DNA from: Patescibacteria group bacterium | GTDB lineage: Bacteria > Patescibacteriota > Minisyncoccia > RBG-13-40-8-A | Assembly (NCBI GenBank): GCA_018829905.1 | Contig: JAHJST010000005.1 | Location: forward strand, 1 to 61,213 | DNA: 61,213 nucleotides | Direction: 5' to 3' | In this document: positions 26,388-35,931 of the stretch, piece by piece | How positions within the stretch are numbered: position 1 is the first letter of the stretch | Layout: each line of letters opens with the position of its first letter | The notes under the pieces: model-generated | The model's input: the letters and a program-made list of their open reading frames with translations, nothing else | Told to the model about the DNA's origin: nothing | The model's database searches: none | Translations under genes and position numbers: made by a program

Positions 26388-27473
26388 TTAACTAACTATT
26401 TTTTTATAAACATCTATATATTTTTTAGATAGATTTTTCCAATTCATCTCCCAGGCTCTTTTTCTACCATTTTCACCTAGCTTTTTGGCCAATCCTGGAT
26501 TGTCTAATAATTTTAAAACTGCTTCTGCGGTTTTTTTAATATCGTTTTGTGGAACCAAAAATCCCGTTACATTATCAATAATAGCATCTTCTGCTCCGCA
26601 TTTATAGGTTCCAATTGATGGTTTCCCGCAAGCGTTTGCCTCTAAATAAACCAAACCAAAACCCTCAAAATCATTATCATTTAAAACAACTGGTGTTAAT
26701 AAAAAGATAGATGACTTATGATAAAGTTCAATCAATTCTTTGTCTGATATGTTATAGAAAAATTTAACATTTTTTTCTATGTTGTGCTTCCTAACCAAAT
26801 CAATGTATTCCTTTTCTTTTTTGTCACAAACAATATAATATTTAGCATTGTGTTTTTTAATGACTTGAGCCATTGCCGGTATAGAAATATGATATCCTTT
26901 TCTTGGTTTTAATGCACCAACGCTTAAAATAATTTTTCCTTCTCTTCTCTTTTTCTTAATATCTATTTGAAATTTTTCATAATCAACTCCAAGATTAACA
27001 ACTTCTGTATTGTTTAATTTAATTCTTTTTAAAATCTGATTTCTCGTAAAATTACTAATACATAAAATATTACTAGCTTTTTTATAAGCCCATCTTAATA
27101 AATTTTTTTTCAATATTTCTTCTAAAGGAAGTATAGAATACGTCCCAATGCCACTAATAATAAATTTCTTCTTTAAACCAATATTAGCTAAAGCTGCTAT
27201 CACCCCAAAAGGATATCCATCTAAAGCATGAACAATATCACATTTTTTTATATATTTTCTAATTCTAAAAGCATTAATGAAAATATTGAAAAAATCTCTA
27301 AGAAGATAAGATTTTAAAAGTATTGATTTTTCTAAAGGATGACCACTACCTTCTTCGGTTAAAACAATTATTTCAACATCTTTATTTTTCGAAATTTTAT
27401 CTATAAGATTAAAACCATATCTACCCCTTCCCTCCTTTGGATTTAAGGTGTTGTTTAAAAAACAAATTTTCAT
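26388..27473 (-). CDS. GT4-type glycosyltransferase
   Basis: EGFGLVYLEANACGKPSIG...GFLV. Confidence 0.8.
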   Translation of the reverse strand: MKICFLNNTLNPKEGRGRYGFNLIDKISKNKDVEIIVLTEEGSGHPLEKSILLKSYLLRDFFNIFINAFRIRKYIKKCDIVHALDGYPFGVIAALANIGLKKKFIISGIGTYSILPLEEILKKNLLRWAYKKASNILCISNFTRNQILKRIKLNNTEVVNLGVDYEKFQIDIKKKRREGKIILSVGALKPRKGYHISIPAMAQVIKKHNAKYYIVCDKKEKEYIDLVRKHNIEKNVKFFYNISDKELIELYHKSSIFLLTPVVLNDNDFEGFGLVYLEANACGKPSIGTYKCGAEDAIIDNVTGFLVPQNDIKKTAEAVLKLLDNPGLAKKLGENGRKRAWEMNWKNLSKKYIDVYKKIVS

Positions 27474-28834
27474 AATTTACTTTTAATTAATTTTATAATC
27501 TTTAATAAAAATTTAGTGTTAAAAAAATATAAATTTCCCCAATTATACTTGTGCTTATAATGCCATCTATAAATTTTAGCCAATAATGGGGATTGAGATG
27601 TTCCTACTCTACCAGCATATTTTTCTAAATTTTCCCAATCAAAATCCTTACCTTCTTGTTTCTTTAACATTTCATACATTTCAGTTTCAAAATATGGAAG
27701 CGGTAAATTAGGAGAACACATTGTCTCTAAATCGTTATCAGCTAAAAATTTTTCTGTTTCAGCAATTGTTTTTCTTGTCTCGCCAGGCAAATTAAGAATT
27801 GAATAAATACCAATATTAATTTTATGTTTTTTGCAAACATCAATAGCTTCTTGCATATCACTCATTTTAACCATTTTTTTAGAAATATCCAACAATTTTT
27901 GCGAGCCTGTTTCGAACCCAATATTAATACGAACACAACCAGCTTCTTTCATTTTTCTAACAATTTTATCATCAATATCTGTTGCTCTGGCATTGCAACC
28001 CCATTTAATCTCTATCTTATTTTCTATTATTAAATCACAAATCTTATCTACTCTATCACGACTTATCATAAACTCCCAATCCTGAAAATATATTCCTTTA
28101 ATATTAAAATTATATACTAAATGCTTTATTTCTGCAATAACATTTTCAGGGCTACGAGCAATATATTTATCCTTCATCATTGTTTTTAAACAATATATAC
28201 ACTTAAACGGACAGCCACGAGAAGACATTATTATAGAAAATGGTTTTGGAATGTCTGGATAAGTATATGAATATTTATCCATGGGCAATAAATCATAAGC
28301 AGGAAGAGGTAATTTATCTAAATTCTTATTTCTTTCTGCATCTGGATTATTAATTACTTTACCATTTTTTAAAAAAGAAATACCTCTTACCCTTGAAAAA
28401 TCTTTTATATTATTGATTAAACTTAGAACGGTTAATTCTGGTTCATTGCGAACTATAAAATTAACTCTAGTTTTTTTTAACAACCACTCCGGCATTACAG
28501 ATCCATGAGAACCAGTAAGAATAATGTATGAAATTTTTAAACTATTAATTATTTTAATCAAACTATTAATTAAAAATTTAATATAAGCATGTGAGGGAAC
28601 CTCCCATCTATCGATTGGAGTTGAAGTTAAAATTAATATTTCCGGATTAAATTTTTTAATCTCATTGATTGTATCTTCTAAATTTAAATTTAAAGCATTG
28701 GCATCTAGTAATTTAATTTCGTGATCGTTTCTAAGTAAACTAGCAATATATGCTAGGCTTAAAGGTTGTCTTTTTCTAGATAATCTACTCAATTTTCCAG
28801 TAAATAAGAAAGGGTTTAAAATAAATATTTTCAT
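27470..28834 (-). CDS. B12-binding-domain radical SAM protein (paralog 4)
   Basis: SSRGCPFKCIYC. 4-nt overlap with the downstream GT4 gene. Confidence 0.8.
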   Translation of the reverse strand: MKIFILNPFLFTGKLSRLSRKRQPLSLAYIASLLRNDHEIKLLDANALNLNLEDTINEIKKFNPEILILTSTPIDRWEVPSHAYIKFLINSLIKIINSLKISYIILTGSHGSVMPEWLLKKTRVNFIVRNEPELTVLSLINNIKDFSRVRGISFLKNGKVINNPDAERNKNLDKLPLPAYDLLPMDKYSYTYPDIPKPFSIIMSSRGCPFKCIYCLKTMMKDKYIARSPENVIAEIKHLVYNFNIKGIYFQDWEFMISRDRVDKICDLIIENKIEIKWGCNARATDIDDKIVRKMKEAGCVRINIGFETGSQKLLDISKKMVKMSDMQEAIDVCKKHKINIGIYSILNLPGETRKTIAETEKFLADNDLETMCSPNLPLPYFETEMYEMLKKQEGKDFDWENLEKYAGRVGTSQSPLLAKIYRWHYKHKYNWGNLYFFNTKFLLKIIKLIKSKL

Positions 28835-28868
28835 GTATAATTTTTAGTTTTAACCAAAAAAATATTTT

Positions 28869-29591
28869 TCATTTTTTTAAAACCAAATGAAATGTATTAA
28901 AATACGCAAATCTAAGAAAAAAATACAATAGCTTTAAAAGCCAAAACATTTTTATGTTTCTAAAAAAAATAACGATTTTTTTAAATTTCTTATTAAGAAT
29001 TAATTTGGGATTATTTATTTGTTCAAACCTAGCATCAAAAATCTTAAATCCAATATTATTTGCTTCTTTTTTGAAATTTGAATAAATATAATAATGCATT
29101 TCATTAATTTTTTGTTTATCAAAATGTTTATTTGTATTTCTTTCTTTTTTTCTAAATCTTATATATAATCTACCTAAAAATCTGGGCATCCAATTAAGAA
29201 ATAAAATGCCATAATGAGATTCCATTAAACCAAATCTATTATGAACCGTAATAAACAAACTCCCTCCCTCGTTCAAAACCCTATAACATTCTTTTAAAAC
29301 AATACTTGGTTCGTTTACGTGCTCTAAAACTTCTGTACAATTAATAAAATCAAAATAATTATCATTAAATGGAATATTTTCTCCACTTCCTTTTATGATC
29401 TTTGTTTTAAAATTATAATTATATAATTTTTCTTCCGCTAATTTTATATATTCTGAATTTGGCTCAAGGCCAATAACATCTATTCCCTCTTTATGGCACT
29501 CTAATAAAAAATCTCCTCTTCCAGAGCCAAGATCAAGAATTTTCTTTCTTTTAAAATCAGGATAAAATCTTTTTAAATATTGTAAATGCAT
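28869..29591 (-). CDS. class I SAM-dependent methyltransferase
   Basis: ILDLGSGRGDF and FINCTEVLEHV. Start at ATG 29591, just after the AsnB-like stop. Confidence 0.7.
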   Translation of the reverse strand: MHLQYLKRFYPDFKRKKILDLGSGRGDFLLECHKEGIDVIGLEPNSEYIKLAEEKLYNYNFKTKIIKGSGENIPFNDNYFDFINCTEVLEHVNEPSIVLKECYRVLNEGGSLFITVHNRFGLMESHYGILFLNWMPRFLGRLYIRFRKKERNTNKHFDKQKINEMHYYIYSNFKKEANNIGFKIFDARFEQINNPKLILNKKFKKIVIFFRNIKMFWLLKLLYFFLRFAYFNTFHLVLKK

Positions 29592-29592
29592 A

Positions 29593-31299
29593 TTAAAAAT
29601 ATTTATTATACCAAATTTTAAATACAATCAATGCCCAAATTAAATTTAAATTATATTTTTTTCTTTTAATATGATCATTAAATATTTTTTCAATCTCCTT
29701 AACATTAAAATATTCTTCACTTAAATTTGTAAATAATTTTTTTTCTGCAAATTCTTTTAAGTCTGTTCTTAACCATTCTGACATTGGAGTTAACCAAACT
29801 TTCTTTTTGTCTGATTTTAAGATATGATCAGGTAAATATTCTTTCATGGCTTCAATAAAAATTTCTTTTCCTTGATCTGTGTCTTTCATTTTAAACTTAT
29901 TAGGAATTTTAAAACCCAATTCAACTAAATAATGATCGAGAATAGGAACCCTTTGCTCTAATCCATTTGCCATTGTCATTTTATCTGATCTCATTAAAGA
30001 TTCGTCTGGTAACCAAGTTTTTAAATCAGCAAACATTAATCCATTTTTTAAATAATTTTTACTAAAAAAACTTTTTGTAGTATTCTTTGTATTTAAAAGT
30101 ATTTTTTTAATCTCTTTTTCGTCTTGAAGCATAAATTTAGTATGCAATTTTGATTTTAAAAAAGGAATAAATCTTAATAAATGCGCATAATAATATCTTT
30201 TATATCCCCCAAATAATTCATCACCACCATCTCCACCTAAAACAACATCAACATGCTTTTTGGCCAATTCTGCTAATAAATACGTTGCTATTTGTGTTGG
30301 TTCAGCAACTGGCTCATCCATGTGATAAACAACTTTTTCTAAATTTTCTAAAATATCCTTAGAATTAATCATTAACTCATAATGCTCTGTATTATATATC
30401 TTACTAGTTTTTCTAGCTAAATCCAAATCAGCATTAAATTTTCTATTTGGATCATTAATATCAAAACCAACAGAAAAGGTTTTTAAATCTTTTTTAAATT
30501 CTTTTGCAATTCCCAAAACAGAAGTAGAATCAATGCCTCCAGACAAAAACACGCCAACTGGCTTATCAGAAATTAATTGTCCTTTAATAGATTTTTTCAT
30601 TAATTTCTGAATTTCATTAATTATTTTTTCCTTATCTTTAATCTTTTTAAAATCTTTAACATCCCAATATTTTTTAATTTTTAAATCTTTTTTAAACTTT
30701 AAATAATGTCCTGGTTTTAATTTATAGATGTTATTAAACATCGTTAAAGGGGCTGGAACATACATTAAACGAAAATAATGATTCATTGCCTCTAAATCAA
30801 TTTCTCTTTTAATATTGTGCTCTAAAATAGCTTTAATTTCTGAAGAAAATATTAATTTTTGGTTGTCATAATAATAATATAATGGTTTTACTCCTATTCT
30901 GTCTCTGGCTAAAAATAGTTCTTTGTTTTTAATATCATAAATTGCAAAAGCAAAAATTCCATTTAAATATTTTAAACAATCTTCTTTATACTCTTCGTAT
31001 AAATGAAGAATAACTTCTGAATCTGTTTTAGAAGAAAATGTATGATTTTTTAAATCCTCTTTTAATTCTTTAAAATTATATATCTCACCATTAAAAATCA
31101 AACAAAGAGATTTATCTTCATTAAACATTGGTTGTTTTCCGTTTTCTGATAAATCAATAATTGATAATCTTCTGTGCCCCAAAGAAATATTATCATCAGT
31201 ATAAACACCAGATCCATCAGGACCACGGTGTTTAATTTTTTCATTCATTTTTTCAATTAATTCTTTGTCTTTAAAATTAAAGCCATTTATTCCACACAT
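29593..31299 (-). CDS. asparagine synthase (glutamine-hydrolysing)-like amidotransferase
   Basis: N-terminal MCGINGF (Cys2 nucleophile) and PP-loop VFLSGGIDSTSV. Confidence 0.85.
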   Translation of the reverse strand: MCGINGFNFKDKELIEKMNEKIKHRGPDGSGVYTDDNISLGHRRLSIIDLSENGKQPMFNEDKSLCLIFNGEIYNFKELKEDLKNHTFSSKTDSEVILHLYEEYKEDCLKYLNGIFAFAIYDIKNKELFLARDRIGVKPLYYYYDNQKLIFSSEIKAILEHNIKREIDLEAMNHYFRLMYVPAPLTMFNNIYKLKPGHYLKFKKDLKIKKYWDVKDFKKIKDKEKIINEIQKLMKKSIKGQLISDKPVGVFLSGGIDSTSVLGIAKEFKKDLKTFSVGFDINDPNRKFNADLDLARKTSKIYNTEHYELMINSKDILENLEKVVYHMDEPVAEPTQIATYLLAELAKKHVDVVLGGDGGDELFGGYKRYYYAHLLRFIPFLKSKLHTKFMLQDEKEIKKILLNTKNTTKSFFSKNYLKNGLMFADLKTWLPDESLMRSDKMTMANGLEQRVPILDHYLVELGFKIPNKFKMKDTDQGKEIFIEAMKEYLPDHILKSDKKKVWLTPMSEWLRTDLKEFAEKKLFTNLSEEYFNVKEIEKIFNDHIKRKKYNLNLIWALIVFKIWYNKYF

Positions 31300-31306
31300 T
31301 ATATAT

Positions 31307-31315
31307 ATATTATCA
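31307..31315 (-). promoter_or_regulatory. extended -10 (TGATAATAT) placed 7 nt upstream of the AsnB-like ATG
   Basis: Minus strand reads TGATAATAT-ATATATA-ATG. No SD. Confidence 0.35.
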
Positions 31316-31385
31316 TTTTTTTTAATAAAAATAAACCCTCATCCTAAGAGAAAAGGATTTATTTTTATAGCTTTTGTTTCTAGAT

Positions 31386-32681
31386 TTATAACGAAGTCTT
31401 ATCAGCTCCTAAAGTATACCAGTTTAATTCGTTTTCATTGATAATAAACACAGAATTAAAACTTCCACCTTGAGAGATAAAATCACTACCAGACACATTT
31501 AACCAATGTAAAGTACCAGTGTCTTCACCAGTTACTTCCATACTATATACTTTTTCATCATTAACATATTTGTAATATGAAGAAGTAATAAATGCATCTC
31601 TAGTAGCTGGGCTTACTGTTTTAACATCTTCCCATCCACCTAAGTGTCCGTACATTTTAAAGATTGTTGGATTTAGGAATAATCTTTTATAACCAAACTG
31701 ATTAACAATAAATATATCAAAGTCTCCTTCTGCTCTAATTAAATCCCCTTCTGTTAAACCATAATCTTCTGGTGTAGCCATAGTTGTTGTGGCTTCTTCA
31801 CCTTCTTGTTCTCCAAAAATAGAAAAGTAGGTAAAGTGATGTGTAAGAGCAGTAATTGTGTTATTAACTGTATTAACAGTACTAGACAAACCAATCCACT
31901 CAATACCATTCCAATAATATACTTTTAAAGTAGCTTCTTTTAATACTGATATTTGAGAATCAGTATAAGCAAAGGTTAAAGTAAGATTATCAGAAAAAGT
32001 AGTAACACTTTGACCACCAGCTACAGCTGTGAATTCGTAAATATAACTACCAACTACACTTTTTCCAGAAGGAACTGGGCGAGTACTAACAATGCCTGCT
32101 TTTGCCCTATAATAAATATTCATTTCAGTTGAAGCACTGATTGCACTAGCTGGAACTTCTACTTTAGCATAAGTATTTTCATCTGTGCTTAAAGTAGTTT
32201 CTCCTCCACCAGTTGCAGTTGCAATTACTTGGCCAGTTGTAGTGCTTGGAGTGGTTATGGTGGTTGATGGAGCTGGTGTGCTTCCACTTCCGCCACCAGT
32301 ACTTCCCCAAGAAGGACAAGTACCAGAAGGAGTTACTGTTATATCTGTTTGAGTAGCTGGACCAGTAAGAGTTACTAAAGAAAAATCAGGACTTCCATCA
32401 CAATCAGTATTTACTGAGGCGCCAGTAAATATACTTCTTGCTGTAGATTTTATTTTTATTGTTGAGTTTGTTGATAAAGTAAAAACAACAGTAGTTGGAT
32501 TAACAACAATTTGATCAGCAATTGCTGAATTTAAAACTGTAAATGTAGTACCATCATCCATTCTTATGGTTATATCTGTATTAATCGTTACTTCATCAGC
32601 TGCAAGAGAAACTGAAGACCATGCGATTAAGCTAATCGCGAAAATCAAGAGAAACGCTATTGTAAATATGTATTTGCGCAT
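31386..32681 (-). CDS. secreted surface protein with Thr/Ser-rich linker and C-terminal copy of a shared approx 115-aa domain
   Basis: Signal peptide (MRKYIFTIAFLLIFAISLIAWSSVSLAA), GGGSGSTPAPSTTITTPSTTTG linker, and C-terminal GDLIRAEGDFDIFIVNQFGYKRLFLNPTIF... G+C is visibly above its neighbours. Confidence 0.6.
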   Translation of the reverse strand: MRKYIFTIAFLLIFAISLIAWSSVSLAADEVTINTDITIRMDDGTTFTVLNSAIADQIVVNPTTVVFTLSTNSTIKIKSTARSIFTGASVNTDCDGSPDFSLVTLTGPATQTDITVTPSGTCPSWGSTGGGSGSTPAPSTTITTPSTTTGQVIATATGGGETTLSTDENTYAKVEVPASAISASTEMNIYYRAKAGIVSTRPVPSGKSVVGSYIYEFTAVAGGQSVTTFSDNLTLTFAYTDSQISVLKEATLKVYYWNGIEWIGLSSTVNTVNNTITALTHHFTYFSIFGEQEGEEATTTMATPEDYGLTEGDLIRAEGDFDIFIVNQFGYKRLFLNPTIFKMYGHLGGWEDVKTVSPATRDAFITSSYYKYVNDEKVYSMEVTGEDTGTLHWLNVSGSDFISQGGSFNSVFIINENELNWYTLGADKTSL

Positions 32682-32726
32682 AATAATTTTCTGAATTAAT
32701 TAAGTTAGTATGTAGAATCTATGTTT

Positions 32727-33653
32727 TTAGTTGCCCAAAAACTCAGCAAGATCCCACTCGTTTGCGACCGCACAATAATGAATACTTGCACTTACGCCCT
32801 GACCAGCTCTGAAATACCAGCTTCCAATCGTACAATTAAGCGTAGCTCCTGCAGGAGAGGCTGTTCCACCAAAAAGCTTGGCTCCTCCACCAAACACAAG
32901 ACCAGTATCTTCAGAAAGCGAAGCATATCCATCAAAAGTAGTATTACCACCTACATAAAAGTCTGAAGATACAGATGCTTTACCAACAATAGAAACCAAG
33001 GTTTCTGTAATTGTTAACAGCTCAGTATCAGCAGCATTACTTAATGCAGCACCATTACCAAAAGCAAGATCATTACCTTCAATTTGTAAATCTCCAGAAA
33101 TTGAAGCTTTTCCACTAATAATTACTAATGTTTCAGTAATTAATAAGTTTTCAGCATCAGTAGTATTGTCAATTGAAGCTCCGTTGCCAAAGCTTAAATC
33201 ACCAGTAAGAATCAAGTCATCATCAGCACCGCTTAAAGTAACATCTCCATTAAAGGTTGTATTTCCATCAACATTAAAGTCTGAAGATATAGATGCTTTG
33301 CCAACAACAGAAACCAAGGTTTCTGTAATTGTTAACAGCTCAGTATCAGCAGCATTGCTTAATGCAGCACCATTACCAAAAGCAAGATCATTGCCTTCAA
33401 TTTGTAAATCTCCAGAAATTGAAGCCTTTCCACTGATAAGAACCAATGTTTCAGTAATTGTTAACAGATCAGTATCAGAATTACTCAAAGAGGCACCATT
33501 GCCAAAGGTAAGGGCATTTCCAGTAATAGTTAAATCATCTGTTATAGAAATATCGTTACCAATTGTAGTGGCAGCGTAAACTCCTAAGAAAACTAAAAAA
33601 ACAGAAACAATAACACTGAAAAAGACTCCAAAAAATTCTTTTTTGTGTTTCAT
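32727..33653 (-). CDS. secreted repeat protein (beta-helix-like G/N/S/T repeats)
   Basis: Signal peptide, repeated GN(A/D)L(T/A)FGNGA(S/A)LSN...LLTITETLV...GKASISGD units, and a C-terminal pair of cysteines. Confidence 0.6.
   Translation of the reverse strand: MKHKKEFFGVFFSVIVSVFLVFLGVYAATTIGNDISITDDLTITGNALTFGNGASLSNSDTDLLTITETLVLISGKASISGDLQIEGNDLAFGNGAALSNAADTELLTITETLVSVVGKASISSDFNVDGNTTFNGDVTLSGADDDLILTGDLSFGNGASIDNTTDAENLLITETLVIISGKASISGDLQIEGNDLAFGNGAALSNAADTELLTITETLVSIVGKASVSSDFYVGGNTTFDGYASLSEDTGLVFGGGAKLFGGTASPAGATLNCTIGSWYFRAGQGVSASIHYCAVANEWDLAEFLGN
32961..33459 (-). repeat. intragenic direct duplication (two approx 180-bp copies, 318-bp period)
   Basis: 32961-33141 and 33279-33459 align with only a handful of mismatches by eye. 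The duplication is in frame (106 codons). Confidence 0.8.
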
Positions 33654-33838
33654 ATTTTATACTTTAAATTATTAATTTATTAATCTATCTACCATTTATC
33701 ATGCATCAATAAATGGCATTCATAACGACCTTTGAATTTTTATCTAATAAGACTCAAATTAAGACGATTCAATCAACCTAATATCATCTTATTTACCATT
33801 ATTTAATTATACAATAAAAATAATTTGTCAAGAAATCC

Positions 33839-33851
33839 AAATTGTGGATAA
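33839..33851 (-). promoter_or_regulatory. TTATCCACAATTT motif (contains a perfect DnaA-box 9-mer)
   Basis: Same 13-mer as at 48130-48142. It lies just downstream of the stop at 33853 and 7 nt upstream of a TTGACA hexamer. Confidence 0.3.
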
Positions 33852-33852
33852 C

Positions 33853-35922
33853 TTATTTTGTCAAGTTTTCTAATCTTTCTCTTATTTCTATATTCTCTGG
33901 CTCTAATTGTAAAAATATTCCATAGCTTTTAATTGCTAATTCATTTTTTCCTATTATTTCATAAGTCTTACCAAGCAAATTATATGCTTGTGCAAAATTA
34001 AATTTAAGCTTAATTGTTTCTTGAAAGTTTTCTATTGCAAAATCTATAATCTCATTATGCATATTCTGAAACTCTTCCATTTTTTCTTCATCATCCACAA
34101 ATCTTCTAGTAAGAGAATTGAAATTCTTTTGAACTCTTTCAACCATTGTCATATATGTTCTTCCTAAATTAAAGTAAATTTGAGGATTCTTAGGATCAAG
34201 CTCAATTGCTCTTTTATAAGCTGAAACAGCTGATTGAGCAGCAGTATCATTTAAAGATATTAAATTTTCATAAATCCTGCCCGCATTTAGCCAGTTTAAA
34301 CTATTTTTAGGATTAATGTTAATGCCCTCTTGAACAATCTTTTGAGCATTAACAATATTCCTTTGCAAATCTTCTTGTATTTGTTTTCCAGATAAATCTT
34401 TATCATTTAAAACTTCATTAATTCTAAGTAAAAATATTTGTGATAAGTCCCTATAATATCTATCATTGGTTTTAGCCATGTTCCTAGCTTTATTTATATT
34501 TATAGCTGCCATATTTAATTCCTTTTTCTCTAGAAAATTAAGTCCTTTTTCAAAATAAACTGCGCCTGTGTATTTTTGAGTATAAATATAGAATCCTGCA
34601 GTCGTAATAACCATTAGAATAATAAGTCCTAACATTGAAAAAAAAGCTTTTTGTGGTGGATCAATTAAAGAAATTTCTTTATTTTTCTTAGATGCAATAA
34701 CCCACAAGCCAAGCATTAAAAATCCAGCAAACATTAAACAAAGATTTATTGAATAGAAAATCCATAAGGTTAAAAAATATAATCCACCAATTAATGGAAC
34801 TATAGCATGTTTGTTTTTAAAGCCACGTATAAATCCTTCATAGAAAAAAGTCCCCATTAAAAACAAAATCGCTAAAAACCCTAATATTCCAGAAACATTT
34901 AAAACGGTTACAATACTAGATGATGATTGAATAAACCTAATATTCCAGAATTCAGTTAAATTAATAGCAGATGTGCGATATAAAGTATATTTATATACAA
35001 AACTAGCTGGACCAGAACCAAGAAGAAAATTTTTAGCATTCTCTTCTAAAGTTTTTGTAGCAATATTAAGTCCAGCCTTATAACTTAAATTAACTTCTTG
35101 TGGTAAATCTAAAATATCATTCATTGGTATTCTGATTAATATAAACATTAAAGAAATTGCAAAAATAGCAAATAATAAATAATAGTCTTTTAATTTAATC
35201 TTATTTTTACCAAGCACTCTTAATTTTGTCCAAAAAAGAAAAACCACAGAAAAAACCAATCCAAGCCAAACTACCCAAAAATTAATCAATAAAATACTAA
35301 TAAATAACAAAGCTCCTATTATCCACATTAAAGGAGACTTGTCTTTATTTGTAAAAACCAATGCTATTAAAATAGCAAAAGCACCTCCAAGAAATACTCC
35401 CAACACTTGAACAGAACCAATTAAATTAAAACCATTTGTTTTGGCAAAATCCCAAGGAAAAATATTACCAAAAATTTCTTGAATTAAAAAAAACAGAGAC
35501 ACAATACCACTGCTTAAAAGAAAAACTTTAATTATCTTAAAAACCTGATTCTTAGAAATTAGATTAGAAAATAAGAAAAAGATTAATATATATAATATAA
35601 AATTTAAAAAACTATCTGGTTCAATAGATGTTCCCCAAAAACTCTGGTTTTTTGTAGCTGAAAAAAATGTTGAAACTGCTAATACTATAAATAAAACTAA
35701 AACACCTGAACTTATTTTATTCCAAACCAAATTCATCTTTCCAGTTTTTATGGTTTTAAAAAACCATAAAATAGAAGCTAAAAAACAAACAACAACCAAT
35801 AAAAGCTGTTTGTTTAATGTTATTTGAGAATTAGTCAAGGGCAAAAAGAAAATTGGCAATAAAAAAACCAATAGATACAAAAGATTATTTATAATCCTAT
35901 CAATAATATTCTCTATTTTCAT
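33853..35922 (-). CDS. second O-antigen ligase/polymerase-like membrane protein with C-terminal TPR repeats
   Basis: More than 10 TM helices, LGSGPASFVYKY loop, and C-terminal TPRs (YKRAIELDPKNPQIYFNLGRTY, AQAYNLLGKTYEIIGKNELAIKSY). Start at ATG 35922. Confidence 0.7.
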   Translation of the reverse strand: MKIENIIDRIINNLLYLLVFLLPIFFLPLTNSQITLNKQLLLVVVCFLASILWFFKTIKTGKMNLVWNKISSGVLVLFIVLAVSTFFSATKNQSFWGTSIEPDSFLNFILYILIFFLFSNLISKNQVFKIIKVFLLSSGIVSLFFLIQEIFGNIFPWDFAKTNGFNLIGSVQVLGVFLGGAFAILIALVFTNKDKSPLMWIIGALLFISILLINFWVVWLGLVFSVVFLFWTKLRVLGKNKIKLKDYYLLFAIFAISLMFILIRIPMNDILDLPQEVNLSYKAGLNIATKTLEENAKNFLLGSGPASFVYKYTLYRTSAINLTEFWNIRFIQSSSSIVTVLNVSGILGFLAILFLMGTFFYEGFIRGFKNKHAIVPLIGGLYFLTLWIFYSINLCLMFAGFLMLGLWVIASKKNKEISLIDPPQKAFFSMLGLIILMVITTAGFYIYTQKYTGAVYFEKGLNFLEKKELNMAAININKARNMAKTNDRYYRDLSQIFLLRINEVLNDKDLSGKQIQEDLQRNIVNAQKIVQEGININPKNSLNWLNAGRIYENLISLNDTAAQSAVSAYKRAIELDPKNPQIYFNLGRTYMTMVERVQKNFNSLTRRFVDDEEKMEEFQNMHNEIIDFAIENFQETIKLKFNFAQAYNLLGKTYEIIGKNELAIKSYGIFLQLEPENIEIRERLENLTK

Positions 35923-35931
35923 ACTACACAA

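Noticed and set aside
32961-33459. Possible CRISPR-like or mobile repeat
   Set aside because: There are only two copies, both inside one reading frame and in phase with the protein repeat. There is no spacer/repeat periodicity and there are no cas genes.
33166-33579. Antisense 'shadow' ORFs inside larger genes (for example 887..1102, 1430..1715, 4461..4682, 14889..15204, 21924..22367, 32721..32966, 33166..33579, 50104..53043 set)
   Set aside because: Each lies wholly within, and opposite to, a longer ORF with clear family motifs. They have low-complexity or repeat-mirrored sequence and no start signals.
33806-33831. Promoter TTGACA...TATAAT upstream of the repeat-protein gene
   Set aside because: Both hexamers are perfect, but the spacer is only 14 nt, outside the functional 16-18 nt range. 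It is not listed as a feature and is mentioned only as context for the TTATCCACAATTT motif.
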